Assembly: GCA_963745035.1 (NCBI GenBank)
Contig: CAVUVW010000015.1
Location: 224,001-288,000 of the forward strand
Source of the DNA: an uncultured delta proteobacterium
GTDB lineage: Bacteria; Desulfobacterota; Binatia; UBA9968
DNA length: 64,000 nt
Direction: 5' to 3'
Part shown: piece after piece, positions 53,393 to 63,612 of the stretch
Position numbering within the stretch: position 1 is the first letter of the stretch
How the letters are laid out: each line of letters begins with the position of its first letter
Position numbers and translations under genes: made by a program
The notes under the pieces: model-generated
What the model saw: only the letters and a program-made list of their open reading frames with translations
Databases searched by the model: none
Told to the model about the DNA's origin: nothing

Positions 53393-53833
53393 TCAGCGAC
53401 CCTTCGCTGACAAAGACTGGTAGCTCACGCCCTCGCCGTTGTCGTTGCTCACCGGCAGTCCCGATGCCGCCCAGCCCGGTGCGCTGACGTTGCCCATTTG
53501 ATCGCGCATGCCGCCGAAGCCGCCGAGCATGTTCGAAACATCCTGAAATCCCGCCTGCTGCAGCATCCCCGCCGCCGCATTGGAGCGCGGTCCGGCCTGG
53601 CAGCCGACGACGATCTTCTTTTCTTTAGGGAAATTCGCTTCTACGACTTTGACAAAGTCGCTGTTCACCATCATCCCACGCGCTGGATCGGGAAAAGCGA
53701 CTGGAATATTCACGGCCCCTTGCGGGTGGCCATTGGCAAATTCCCGTTCCGTGCGCACGTCAATGTAAACGGCATCGGCATTCGCAGCCAGCATTTCGTG
53801 TGCCTGTTGCGGCGTGATTTCTTTGATGGCCAT
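53393..53833 (-). CDS. Single-domain rhodanese-like protein
   Basis: IDVRT..EF..GHP.GAVNIP and active-site CQAGPRS. Confidence 0.92.
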   Translation of the reverse strand: MAIKEITPQQAHEMLAANADAVYIDVRTEREFANGHPQGAVNIPVAFPDPARGMMVNSDFVKVVEANFPKEKKIVVGCQAGPRSNAAAGMLQQAGFQDVSNMLGGFGGMRDQMGNVSAPGWAASGLPVSNDNGEGVSYQSLSAKGR

Positions 53834-53843
53834 AAAGACCTCA

Positions 53844-53926
53844 CTGGGGTGATGGAGTACTGGAGTATTGGAGTATTGGGCGGTCCGGAGCAGCACTCCA
53901 TTACTCCAACACTCCATTCATCCATT
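53844..53926. repeat. Inverted tandem octamer array (TGGAGTAN), same class as 33713-33803
   Basis: ATGGAGTA CTGGAGTA TTGGAGTA ... CACTCCAT TACTCCAA CACTCCAT. Confidence 0.88.
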
Positions 53927-53931
53927 CCCTT

Positions 53932-54702
53932 TTACATCCCCATAATATTATAGCCGGCGTCGACGTGCAGCACCTCACCTGTGACGGCGCTGCCCAGGTC
54001 GCTGCACAAGTACAACGCGGTCTTGCCGACTTCTTCAGCGTCGATGTTGCGCTTGAGCGGCGCGCGCTCGGCGACGTGATGCAGCATGGATTTGAAGTCG
54101 GAAATCCCCGCAGCAGCCAGAGTCCGGATCGGCCCTGCGGAGATCGCGTTCACCCGGATGCTCTTCGGTCCCAGATCATGCGCGAGATAGCGCACGCTCG
54201 CTTCGAGCGCCGCCTTTGCCACTCCCATCACATTATAATTAGGTATGACTTTCTCCGAGCCCATATACGTGAGGGTCACGATGGAACCATTGCGGCCTTC
54301 CATGAGCGGCGCCGCTCGCTGCGCCAAAGCAACGAAGGAATAGGCGCTCACATCCATCGCGAGATGAAATCCGGCTCGGCTTGTCTGCGTATACGGATTG
54401 GACAGGTCTTCTTTATTGGCGAAAGCGATGGCATGGACAAGGATGTCCAAGCCGCCCCACTCTTGCTTGAGCGTTGAGAAGACTTTCTCAATCTCTTCAT
54501 CTTTGGTGACGTCGCAGGGCAGGATAATTTTAGAGCCGATGCCTTCGGCGAGCGGCCGAACCCGCTTCTCCAATATTTCTCCGGCAAAAGTGAAAGCCAG
54601 CTCGGCGCCCTCGGCGTGAAACGCCTCCGAGATCGCCCAGGCGATGCTGCGGTCGTTGGCCACGCCGAAAATCGCCGCTTTCTTCCCGTCCAATAACCCC
54701 AT
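53932..54702 (-). CDS. fabI: Enoyl-ACP reductase
   Basis: [36 protein letters not shown] and [10 protein letters not shown] motifs. Confidence 0.96.
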   Translation of the reverse strand: MGLLDGKKAAIFGVANDRSIAWAISEAFHAEGAELAFTFAGEILEKRVRPLAEGIGSKIILPCDVTKDEEIEKVFSTLKQEWGGLDILVHAIAFANKEDLSNPYTQTSRAGFHLAMDVSAYSFVALAQRAAPLMEGRNGSIVTLTYMGSEKVIPNYNVMGVAKAALEASVRYLAHDLGPKSIRVNAISAGPIRTLAAAGISDFKSMLHHVAERAPLKRNIDAEEVGKTALYLCSDLGSAVTGEVLHVDAGYNIMGM

Positions 54703-54752
54703 CAGTGAACCTCCGTCATCTCTACGCTGAACCCGAGCGTGCCCTCCGGTCC

Positions 54753-54786
54753 TTTTTACCTTTTTACTTTTTACTTTTGCCCTTTT
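54753..54786. repeat. Heptamer tandem array (TTTTACT/C), single arm, overlapping the 3' end of the adenosyltransferase gene
   Basis: TTTTACC TTTTTAC TTTTTAC TTTTGCC CTTTT; encodes the terminal KGKSKK-stop. Confidence 0.65.
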
Positions 54787-55375
54787 CGATCAGTCCTCTT
54801 TGCCAAAGATATTCCTGCTCGCCGGTCTGTTTCGCGATCCAACGCGACAGCACGAAGAACAAATCGCTCAAGCGATTGACGTACTTGAGAACGTCGGGAT
54901 TGACTTCCTCCTCGCGCGATAGCCGCAGGATGTCGCGCTCCGCGCGCCGGCAAACCGTTCGGGACTGGTGCAAGTAGGCGCCGACGCGACCGCCGCCGGG
55001 CAGAACAAAGGACTTGAGCGGCTCGAGATCTTCCTGGCATTTGTCCATCAGCTTCTCCAGGCGATCGATCTCGCCTTCGCTTACCCGATACATGCCTTGC
55101 TGAAAAAACTCCGCCGGGGTTGCGAGCTCGCTGCCGATATCGAAAAGCTGGTCCTGAATTTGACAGAGCACCTCGTCAAGAAATTGATGCGCCTCGCCGG
55201 CGTCAAGGCTCTCTTCGTTGAACACCCGCGCCAAGCCAACGATGGAGTTCAACTCATCGATGGCGCCGTAGGCCTCGATACGCAAGGAATCCTTCGGCAC
55301 TCGTTTTCCGCCGACCAGAGCCGTCTCACCGCGGTCGCCGGTGCGCGTGTAAACTTTAGTGATGCGAATCGCCAT
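54764..55375 (-). CDS. PduO-type ATP:cob(I)alamin adenosyltransferase
   Basis: [36 protein letters not shown] and NRLSDLFF motifs. Confidence 0.95.
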   Translation of the reverse strand: MAIRITKVYTRTGDRGETALVGGKRVPKDSLRIEAYGAIDELNSIVGLARVFNEESLDAGEAHQFLDEVLCQIQDQLFDIGSELATPAEFFQQGMYRVSEGEIDRLEKLMDKCQEDLEPLKSFVLPGGGRVGAYLHQSRTVCRRAERDILRLSREEEVNPDVLKYVNRLSDLFFVLSRWIAKQTGEQEYLWQRGLIEKGKSKK

Positions 55376-55385
55376 AACCTAAACT

Positions 55386-55466
55386 AATTGAGAATTGAGA
55401 ATGGAGAAATGATAATACGGCGGCCACTAGTCTTGGTTTTCGTTCCCATTGTCAATTATTCATTCA
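55386..55466. repeat. Degenerate inverted heptamer array, (AATTGAG)n ... (CTCAATT-like)n
   Basis: AATTGAG AATTGAG AATGGAG AAATGAT ... TCCCATT GTCAATT ATTCATT. Confidence 0.7.
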
Positions 55467-56834
55467 GTTCTTTTGTGCCCGGCTTCTCCAGATCAGGTAG
55501 GCAGGAATTCCCAGGCAGACGATGAAGAGCCCGATCAGAGACTCTTTCGGTTTTTCAGTCACCGATCCCCAAACGATCCACAGATGAACCAGTATAAAGA
55601 GCAACGGCACGATAGGATAGCCCCACAGCCGATACGGCCGCTTGATGTCAGGCTTCTTCCAGCGGAGCACGATCACCGAGCCGACGGTGAACGCGGAGAA
55701 GAGCGTGATCACCACGCTCACGTAGGTGAACAACGTGCCCCACGTGTTGGTAAGAATCAGCAGACAACTCCACAGTGCCTGCAGCATGATCGCTTTAGTC
55801 GGCGTGCCGAACGTTGGATGCACGTAGGTCAGGCGCTGAAAGAAGACGCCGTCCTTGGCCATGGCGTAGTAGATTCGCGGCCCGATCATCGTCACCACGT
55901 TGAGTGCGCCGAGAATGGAGACAGTAATGATGGCGGTAATCCACGCGGAGGTCTTGTAGCCGAACAACGCCGTGGTGGCGACTTCGGACATCCGCAGCGC
56001 GCCTTTCATCTCGGTCACGGGCACCGCGTAAATGTAAACCGCGTTGATCGCCAGATAGAGCACCATCACGATCAATACGCCGTAGAGAAGCGCGCGCGGT
56101 AAATTTTCGTCCGGATCTTTTACTTCTCCGGCGATATAGGTTACGGCGTTCCACCCGGAGTACGCGAAGATCACCGGAATGAACGCCGCGCCAAACAAGC
56201 TGAAGTTGCCGATCTTTTCCCAGTCGAAGAGCGGCTCGAAGTGGCTTGTGCTGCCTTTGCCGAAAAAGAACCCCAGAATGATGATTCCCAAGAGCGCGCC
56301 GATCTTCAAGATCGTCAAAATGTTTTGGGTGAGAGTTCCCTGCTTCACGCCCAGACAGTGGAGCCCGGACAAAAGCAGCACCACCGCCATCGAGAAAAAC
56401 ATGCCCACAGTGGCGTTGATCGGAATAAACGGAAGCGGAATCGAAAAAATCACATCTTGAGAGCCCAGCGCGGGGATAAAGAACGACACGAACCCATTCA
56501 AGATAACCGCAAGAAATGCGATGGCGCCGGAGAACGTCACCAGAAACGAAGACCAGCCGGAGAGAAACCCCATCAACCTGCCGTAGGCCTCGCGGATATA
56601 AATGTAGTCGCCGCCGGCGTAGGGGAAGCTCGCAGACAACTCAGCGCAAGTAAGAGCGCCGGCCAGCGCAAGCAGTCCGCCGAACAACCACACGAGCAAG
56701 ACGCCGCCAGGCGTCGGCAAGGTCTCCGCGATCGCACCGGTGGAGATAAAAATTCCGGTGCCGATCATATCGCCGGCGATCACCATCACCGCCGAGAACA
56801 ACCCGATTTGCCGCTTGAGTTCCTGTTGCGCCAT
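55464..56834 (-). CDS. APC family amino acid permease
   Basis: IGTGIF, AELS..P.AGGDY.Y, FAYSGWN and GEVKDP motifs; 12 TM pattern. Confidence 0.93.
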   Translation of the reverse strand: MAQQELKRQIGLFSAVMVIAGDMIGTGIFISTGAIAETLPTPGGVLLVWLFGGLLALAGALTCAELSASFPYAGGDYIYIREAYGRLMGFLSGWSSFLVTFSGAIAFLAVILNGFVSFFIPALGSQDVIFSIPLPFIPINATVGMFFSMAVVLLLSGLHCLGVKQGTLTQNILTILKIGALLGIIILGFFFGKGSTSHFEPLFDWEKIGNFSLFGAAFIPVIFAYSGWNAVTYIAGEVKDPDENLPRALLYGVLIVMVLYLAINAVYIYAVPVTEMKGALRMSEVATTALFGYKTSAWITAIITVSILGALNVVTMIGPRIYYAMAKDGVFFQRLTYVHPTFGTPTKAIMLQALWSCLLILTNTWGTLFTYVSVVITLFSAFTVGSVIVLRWKKPDIKRPYRLWGYPIVPLLFILVHLWIVWGSVTEKPKESLIGLFIVCLGIPAYLIWRSRAQKN

Positions 56835-56977
56835 AGCGGATAGCATTACAGATAAATCACGGACCAGGCAACTTGATCGCGCGCGTTCCGGTAGTCTTTC
56901 GGATGTAATTGGAACGAGTAAGAAATATGGTAGCCTTCTACCCAACGGATTCGATACGGCCTACAGGAGAAATCCCG

Positions 56978-57646
56978 GTGTTGCTGATCATAATCGTCGC
57001 CGCGCTGGCCTTATGGCCGCGAGGTCTCGCCGCCCAGGAAGCCGTCAAGCGCGATTCACACCAGATGCACCGCCTGCACAGCGATCCGAAGGCGTACATC
57101 GGCGCGCTGGAGGATCCCAAGCGCGATGCGTATCAAAAGCCGCACGAAGTGCTGACCGCGCTTAATCTGAAGGCCGGCGAAGTAATCGCCGATATCGGCG
57201 CCGGCTCAGGCTATTTCACATTCCGGATCGCCCATCATCTCGGTCCCAACGGAAAAGTTTTCGCCGTGGATGTGAGCCCGGACATGATCCGCCATATCAA
57301 CCGGCGCATCCGCGACTTGAAAACAGACAACGTCGTTTCGGTCCTCGCCGATCCGGACGATCCCCTGCTGGCCGAGCAATCGATCAACCGGTTTTTCATC
57401 TGCAACGTATGGCACCACGTCGAGAACCCGACGAAGTACCTTTCAATGATGAAGAAGATGCTCAAGCCCGGCGGCGAGATCGTGATGATCGACTTTCACA
57501 AAAAGGAACTACCGTTCGGCCCGCCGCTGGAAATGAAAATCGCCCGAGAAGATCTGATCAGACAGATGGAAGCCAACGGCTTCCGGCTCATCAAAGAGCA
57601 CACTTTTCTGCCGTACCAGTATTTCCTGGTGTTCGCGCCGAAATGA
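56978..57646 (+). CDS. Class I SAM-dependent methyltransferase with an N-terminal signal-like peptide
   Basis: IADIGAGSGYF, VFAVDV and LKPGG motifs; AGGAGA RBS before GTG 56978. Confidence 0.88.
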   Translation: MLLIIIVAALALWPRGLAAQEAVKRDSHQMHRLHSDPKAYIGALEDPKRDAYQKPHEVLTALNLKAGEVIADIGAGSGYFTFRIAHHLGPNGKVFAVDVSPDMIRHINRRIRDLKTDNVVSVLADPDDPLLAEQSINRFFICNVWHHVENPTKYLSMMKKMLKPGGEIVMIDFHKKELPFGPPLEMKIAREDLIRQMEANGFRLIKEHTFLPYQYFLVFAPK

Positions 57647-57674
57647 TTGTGCTGCGGCGCAACATGCTCAATCC

Positions 57675-58764
57675 CTACAGTCGGTAGAACTCGCTCGCGT
57701 TCCTGTAAAGGATCGCCTCCTTGTCGTCGTCGGACAAGTCTTCATTCTCGATCAACTCATCGAGCTCATGCCGGCAGGTCTCGCTGTTCACTTCGTGCGG
57801 GAAAGTCCGACGAATACATAAACGGTTCGGCACCGACCATTTTAACCGCAGTGGCAAGCAGCGGCTCCCCGCCTTCGCAGCCGACGAAGATGCGCCGCGC
57901 TTTGATATGTCGAATGATGTATTCGCTGACTTTCTCGCCTGGCTGAAGCTTTAAATAGCCGCCCCGTAGATCGCGCATCACGTGCGATTCGTAGGAGCTG
58001 TCGAAACGCTCGAGGCAAAACAGCAGCCACGCCACCCCGCCTTCGAGAAAACCGAATTTGATCCGCGGAAATTTTTCCAGCAGGCCGTTAAAAACAATCG
58101 ACGCCAAGGAAATCATCTGCCCCAACGGATGCGCGATCGCATGCACCGCGGCGTACGGGTCGAGCCCGTCCATGCCCATGCCGCCGTGCACGCCGCCGTG
58201 GATCGCAACGCAGCAGCCGAAATTGTTGGCGACCTCATATATCGAATGATGGATCTGCGACCCCAGCGGCGGGGCGTGCAGGCTGTTTGAGGGTAATACC
58301 GCGCCGCACATCCCGAGTTTGGTAACCGCACGGTCAAGCTCTTCCGCCGCGGCCGTTGGATTCAACACGGGCTGCGGCAGCAACGCCAAGCCGCGAAAAC
58401 GCGGGCTCTGCTGTAGATATGTTTCGTGCAGCCAGTCGTTGTATGCGCGCGCAGCGTCGATGGCCCAATCGGGATTGACGATGTTCGACGAACCAACGCC
58501 TGCGGTGGGGTAAAGCACCGTGCTCTCGAGACCTACGTCGTCCAAAAACCCCAGCCACTCCTTCGGTCCCACTTTCCGATTGAAGGCGCCCTCGGGCATG
58601 TCCACCAGATGCGCAGCATGCAGATGATCGAAGGGTGGGAACGGATGGAACGGTTGCACACGAGCCTTCGCGCGATAGGCTTCGGGCATGCGGGCGATGA
58701 TCGCCTGCCCATCTTCCGCGACATGTCCGTCGGCATCGATGATTCGTCGAGTTTTTGCCGCCAT
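57675..58764 (-). CDS. Amidohydrolase_2 family protein (+1 frameshift near 57799)
   Basis: IIDADGH, AIHGG, FLEGGVAW and YSSDFP(HE)...ILYRNASEFYRL. Confidence 0.9.
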
Positions 58765-58915
58765 TTTCGCGCCTCCTTTTCTCCGACGTCTTTCCCCTCA
58801 AGGAAGGACTGAGAAAGGAATAGCAAAGATGACAATTCACAAGCAATGGATTTCGTGATTGCATCGATCAGTTACGCCATCATATAGAACGAGAAACGGA
58901 TCCGAGGATAAATTT

Positions 58916-59848
58916 ATGAAAATCATGGTCGTGGGTGGCAGCGGCTACATCGGCCGCCACGTGGTGAAAACTTTGGCGGCCCGGGGCGTTGATGTCGTCG
59001 CCTTCGACGTTGCGCCTGCGCCGGCGAATTGGACGCAGCCTCGCGTGCCGTTCATCCAAGGCAACATGGCCAATCTCGAAGAAGTCATGGCCGCCGTCGT
59101 CGACCACGGCGTGCAGCGGATGGTTGCACTCGGCTATTTCATGACGCCGCTGCTCGCGCCCGAGTGCCGCGACCTTCTCAATGCCGCGCGCGTGAATATC
59201 ATCGGCGTGACGAATCTTTTCGAAGCCGCGCGCCTCGCCCGGCTCGATCGGGTCATCTTCGCCAGCACCGTGGGAACGTTTGGCTACCAAGATGGTTATG
59301 GGTCGGAACCGATCAACGAAAACACCGAAGCCCGCGCGCCGAAAAGCCTCTACGGTCTGATGAAGCTGCTCAACAACGGATTGGCGGAGCGCTACGCGAA
59401 AACCTTCGGCATCCAGATCGTCAAAGTTCACTCCACGGCGGTCATCGGCCCCGGCAACACGGCCTTCTCGCGCCAGATGATTCAACAGCCCGCGCTGGGC
59501 AAACCGGGCTATGCTAACTGGCCCTCTGCCGCGCCGCGCAATATCGTCGGCGTCGCCGACATCGCCGAGCTCTACGCCAAGATCGCCCTCGCCGATCAGG
59601 TGAAGCACGACGCGTACATGGGCACCGGCCCTGCACCCACCGGCCGCGAAATCGCGGACATCGTGATCAAATACTTGCCCGGCGCCGAAATCAGCTTCGA
59701 CGAGAAGGCGCGGATTCCTGCCTGGAACTTCGACAACTCGCGTGCGGTGAAAGAATTCGCCTGGAAGATTCAATCGGTGGAAGAAATGATTTTGGATGAG
59801 ATCAACGGAACGCGAGCAGCCGCGGGGCTTGCGCCTGTGAGTGGATGA
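58916..59848 (+). CDS. NAD(P)-dependent epimerase/dehydratase (extended SDR)
   Basis: GGSGYIG, FAST and YGLMK motifs. Confidence 0.88.
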   Translation: MKIMVVGGSGYIGRHVVKTLAARGVDVVAFDVAPAPANWTQPRVPFIQGNMANLEEVMAAVVDHGVQRMVALGYFMTPLLAPECRDLLNAARVNIIGVTNLFEAARLARLDRVIFASTVGTFGYQDGYGSEPINENTEARAPKSLYGLMKLLNNGLAERYAKTFGIQIVKVHSTAVIGPGNTAFSRQMIQQPALGKPGYANWPSAAPRNIVGVADIAELYAKIALADQVKHDAYMGTGPAPTGREIADIVIKYLPGAEISFDEKARIPAWNFDNSRAVKEFAWKIQSVEEMILDEINGTRAAAGLAPVSG

Positions 59849-59960
59849 TAACGGCTGCGCTATCAAGCTTGACCATCAGCCGACCGCGGATACGAGCCGA
59901 TATGATGGACATTTCGCTTCGGCTATCGTATGGGAGTTGAGACCCGAGAGAAAAGGAACC

Positions 59961-60638
59961 ATGAGTCTCGACGACATCAAACAAGACATCGTCACCGCCA
60001 GCCATATTCTCCACCGGCAAGGCATCGCCGCGGCCTTCGGCCACGTCAGCGCGCGCATTCCCGGCACCGACACTTTCATTTTTCCGCCGCGCATGAGTCC
60101 GGCGCTGGTGCGCAAAGACAACCTGCTCGTGCTCGACGTCGACGGCAATCAGCTTTCCGGCGACGGCCGGCCGAACACCGAATTTTGGATTCATGCGAGG
60201 ATTTACAAAGCCCGGCCCGATGTCCAATCCGTCTGCCACGTTCATCCGCCGAGCTGCGTCGTCTTAGGCTCGCTTGGTGAAACTATCCGCCCGCTGCACG
60301 CCTCCGGCGCAATCTTCAGAAACGACGTGCAGGTTTTCGATGCGATCACCTTGATTCGCACGCGCGAGCTCGGCGACCAAGTCGCATCGACCCTCGGCCG
60401 GCACGGCGCCATGCTCCTGCGCGGCCACGGCGTCAACGTCGCGGACAAAGATGTCCGGCGGGTGTGCGTGATGACGCTGTGGATGGAGGAGGCGGCCAAT
60501 TATCAACTGCGCGCGATGGCGGCGGGAAAACCGCGTTACTTTTCGCCGGCGGAGTTGGAAGTCATCTATCCTCAGGTCGCCGGCGAAGAGGTGTCGAACC
60601 GCGCCTGGGATTATTTCAGCAGCCGGCTGGATGACTGA
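59961..60638 (+). CDS. Class II aldolase/adducin family protein (GHVSAR subtype)
   Basis: FGHVSAR, EFWIH, CHVH and LLRGHG motifs. Confidence 0.9.
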   Translation: MSLDDIKQDIVTASHILHRQGIAAAFGHVSARIPGTDTFIFPPRMSPALVRKDNLLVLDVDGNQLSGDGRPNTEFWIHARIYKARPDVQSVCHVHPPSCVVLGSLGETIRPLHASGAIFRNDVQVFDAITLIRTRELGDQVASTLGRHGAMLLRGHGVNVADKDVRRVCVMTLWMEEAANYQLRAMAAGKPRYFSPAELEVIYPQVAGEEVSNRAWDYFSSRLDD

Positions 60639-60674
60639 ACGTAAGTTGAACAAGTCGCAATCTCGGGAGGAACT

Positions 60675-61358
60675 ATGACCCTGAACCACGCAGCGCTCCG
60701 CCAGGCCGTGATCGACAGCGCAAATTTTTTAGTTCGAATCGGCGCCATTTCCATGAGTCACCACGGCAACTTCAGCGTGCGGGTGCCGAACACCGACACG
60801 ATACTTCTCACCGCAACCAGCTCGTTCGATAACCTGAAACCGGAGAATCTTGCGCTGCTTGACCTCGACGGCCGCCTGATCGAAGGAGAGATCAATCCGA
60901 CCAACGCCGAGATCGTGCATATGCACGCGATCGTATACAAGGAACGGCCGGCCACCGGCGCAGTGGTGCACACGCACTCCACCTACGCGACCAGCTTCGC
61001 GCTGGCAAGCCGCGCGCTCGGGTGTTCCTATGAGGCTTTGGTGCGCCAGGACATGACCGACGGCGTCCCGCTGGCGAAGTACGGCCCGCGCGGCTCCAGC
61101 GAATCGATCGCCAATATCGCCGACGCCCTGCGCGCCACGAAAAACACCAAAGCGGTGCTCTTGGAAAACCACGGCGTGCTCGCCTTCGGTAATGATCCCG
61201 CCGCCGCGGCGCGGGCGAATCTGATCGTCGAAGAAGCGGCGCAGATGGCGATCTTCGCCGAAGTGCTCGGCGGTGCGAAACCGATTCCGTCGGAGCTGCT
61301 CAAAGCGACGGTCGGTCGCAGAGACGAATTCGCCCGCGAAGGTATTCGGCGGGCGTAG
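60675..61358 (+). CDS. Class II aldolase/adducin family protein
   Basis: GNFSVR, EIVHMH, VHTHS and LLENHG motifs. Confidence 0.9.
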   Translation: MTLNHAALRQAVIDSANFLVRIGAISMSHHGNFSVRVPNTDTILLTATSSFDNLKPENLALLDLDGRLIEGEINPTNAEIVHMHAIVYKERPATGAVVHTHSTYATSFALASRALGCSYEALVRQDMTDGVPLAKYGPRGSSESIANIADALRATKNTKAVLLENHGVLAFGNDPAAAARANLIVEEAAQMAIFAEVLGGAKPIPSELLKATVGRRDEFAREGIRRA

Positions 61359-61365
61359 TAATAAC

Positions 61366-61393
61366 GTAGGGGCGACCGGCCGGTCGCCCCTAC
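61366..61393. repeat. GTAG-type REP (perfect 28-bp palindrome)
   Basis: GTAGGGGCGACCGGCCGGTCGCCCCTAC. Confidence 0.85.
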
Positions 61394-61432
61394 CGCGACA
61401 AATACTGACTACTATTCGAAAGGAACGTAACG

Positions 61433-62297
61433 ATGGAACTCAACTCGACAGAAAAACGCAAAGCGCTCCGCGCCATGATGCAGGAATCTGTTTGCCACCT
61501 GGCGCCGAGCTGCAACGATGGCATTCAAGCCCGTTTGGTTGAATGGCTCGGCTTTCCACTCGTGCATATTTCCGGCAGCGGGCAGCACCGCGCTCTCGGC
61601 TTTGCCGACGCCGGCTTGCTCACCTTGACGGAGATGGTCAACCGCGCCCGCGAGATCTCCGATGCCGTAAATATTCCCATCGTCAGCGATGCCGAAACCG
61701 GCTACGGCAACGCCGTCAATGTGGCGCGCGCGGTTCGCGAATTCGAAAACACCGGCGTCGCCGCGCTGCACATCGAAGACCAGATGACGCCCAAACGCGC
61801 GGGCCACGAAGGATTCGACGTCGGTCTGGTGTCCAAGGCGGAGTTCGTCAACAAGATCAAAGCGGCCGTCGATACCCGGCGCGATGAAAACTTGGTGATC
61901 ATCGCGCGCTCCGAAGCCAAGGATTCCTTGCAGGAACGGCTCGACCGCGACCGCTGCGTGCATCGAGGCGGGCGCCGACGCCGCTTGGGTGAGCGCGCGA
62001 TCGGAAGACGACGTCAAAGCCTATGCCAAGCTGGGCAAACCGATGGTCGGCGTGCCGCCGCGGCAAGCGATGCCGGTACAGCGCTGGGGTGAGCTCGGCG
62101 GCCGGGTCGGTTGCATTCCGACCGTCCTGCAGGTCGCGGCGCTGCACGGCATGCGCCAGTGTTTGGAGGAATTGAAACGAAGCGGCACCGAAGCCGCCTA
62201 TTTCAAAAACACGGCGGGTATCGAAGATACTCGTAAATGGTACGCCAACATGGGCAACGAGGAGCTGAAAGCGTTGGAAAAAAAGTACGGCTATTAA
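61433..62297 (+). CDS. Isocitrate lyase/PEP mutase family protein (+1 frameshift near 61949)
   Basis: ISGS, GFADAG, DAETGYG, HIEDQ..PKRAGH and IIARSE; continues ACIEAGADA in the next frame. Confidence 0.88.
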
Positions 62298-62300
62298 ACC

Positions 62301-62328
62301 GTAAGGGCGGGTTTCAAACCCGCCCTAC
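62301..62328. repeat. GTAG-type REP
   Basis: GTAAGGGCGGGTTTCAAACCCGCCCTAC. Confidence 0.8.
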
Positions 62329-62339
62329 TGGAATACCCG

Positions 62340-63419
62340 ATGAAGTTCGCCCACTTTTCTCACGTCTGGAACAAGCCGGGCATGACTGCGGCGGCGCGCT
62401 ATGACCAGCTCTGGCGCGAGCTGGCGCTTGCCGACGAATCAGACTTCGACTTTGCGTTTTGTGTCGAGCACCACTTCAATCCCAACGAGAGCTGGATGCC
62501 GTCGCCGTCGATCTACTGCGCCGCAGCGGCGGCGCGCACCAAACGGCTGCGCATCGGCACAATGGGCAATGTCGTGCCGCTCTACGATCCTCTAAGGATC
62601 GTAGAGGATGCGGCGGTGCTGGACAACTTAGCGAACGGCCGGTTCGAGCTCGGTCTGGTTTCGGGCATCGTGCCGGACTTTTTCGGACCCTACCGCGCCG
62701 ATTTCCAAAATCGCCGCGCACTCACTCATGAAGCGCTGCTGTTCATCAAAAAGGCGCTCTCCAGTGACGCGGCGTTTAGCTTCACAGGGGAATCGCGCCA
62801 GTATGAAAACGTCACCCTCGGAGTGAAGCCGCTACAAAAACCCCATCCGCCGATCTGGATGCACTCGCGCGACGCCGACACGCTCGCATTGCTCGCGCGT
62901 GAAGGCGTCCACACAGGTTATCTGTTCTTGGTGCCGCGCGGCGAGGTCGCGCCGCGCTATCGGGAATATTTGCGTCTGTGGAAAGAAGCGGGTCACACAT
63001 ATTCCCCGGACATCGGCTACTGGATTCTCGTCTATGTCGACGAGACCGACGCCAAAGCGATAGAAAAGGCGAAGTCGCAATTCGAATATTGCTTCACCCA
63101 CGTCTTCGGCACCCGTGCCGACGGCGGAGTCGGCTACAAAAGGCTGGCGGAGAATCATCTCAAACGCGGTAATCCAGGCGGCGCCGAGATTGCGCTGCAC
63201 TCCATCGATGTGGAATATCTCACTGCGCGCAAGCTGGCCTTCGTTGGCTCGCCGGCAAGCGTGGTCGAGCAAATCAAGAGCGCCGCGGAAGAAGGCGTGT
63301 TTAATACGGTTCTGGGCGAGTTCAATTTCGGCGCCATGGCCGAGGAAGATGTGATGCGCTCGATCCGACTTTTTAGCAGTGAAGTCATACCTGCTCTTAG
63401 AAATTTCCAGCCGTATTAG
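62340..63419 (+). CDS. LLM class flavin-dependent oxidoreductase
   Basis: VEHHF, RTKRLRIG, DPLRIVED..VLD.L.NGR and KPLQKPHPPIW motifs. Confidence 0.92.
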   Translation: MKFAHFSHVWNKPGMTAAARYDQLWRELALADESDFDFAFCVEHHFNPNESWMPSPSIYCAAAAARTKRLRIGTMGNVVPLYDPLRIVEDAAVLDNLANGRFELGLVSGIVPDFFGPYRADFQNRRALTHEALLFIKKALSSDAAFSFTGESRQYENVTLGVKPLQKPHPPIWMHSRDADTLALLAREGVHTGYLFLVPRGEVAPRYREYLRLWKEAGHTYSPDIGYWILVYVDETDAKAIEKAKSQFEYCFTHVFGTRADGGVGYKRLAENHLKRGNPGGAEIALHSIDVEYLTARKLAFVGSPASVVEQIKSAAEEGVFNTVLGEFNFGAMAEEDVMRSIRLFSSEVIPALRNFQPY

Positions 63420-63464
63420 CATAGCGTGTCTGAACTCAATAATGGCTGTGCGATGCTAGACGAC

Positions 63465-63560
63465 AAATCTCCCCTGCCCCTCTTTTCAAAAGAGGGGTTC
63501 GAGAAATTCGCCCCATGATTGACATCCCCCTTTTTTGCTAAAGGGGGATTGAGGGGATTT
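63465..63560. repeat. AAATC-CCCCT...AAAGGGGG class paired REP-like element
   Basis: AAATCTCCCCTGCCCCTCTTTTCAAAAGAGGGG ... CCCCCTTTTTTGCTAAAGGGGGATTGAGGGGATTT, between convergent genes. Confidence 0.8.
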
Positions 63561-63612
63561 GCGACCTTAATGAGTACAAAACCGGCGAAGGCTCGTTTCG
63601 AAACAACGAGCA

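Noticed and set aside
53833-53917. N-terminal extension MECWSNGVL... of the rhodanese, and similar ORFs at 33692, 10736 and 63416
   Set aside because: These are translations of the palindromic repeats. The rhodanese has a GAGG RBS before ATG 53833.
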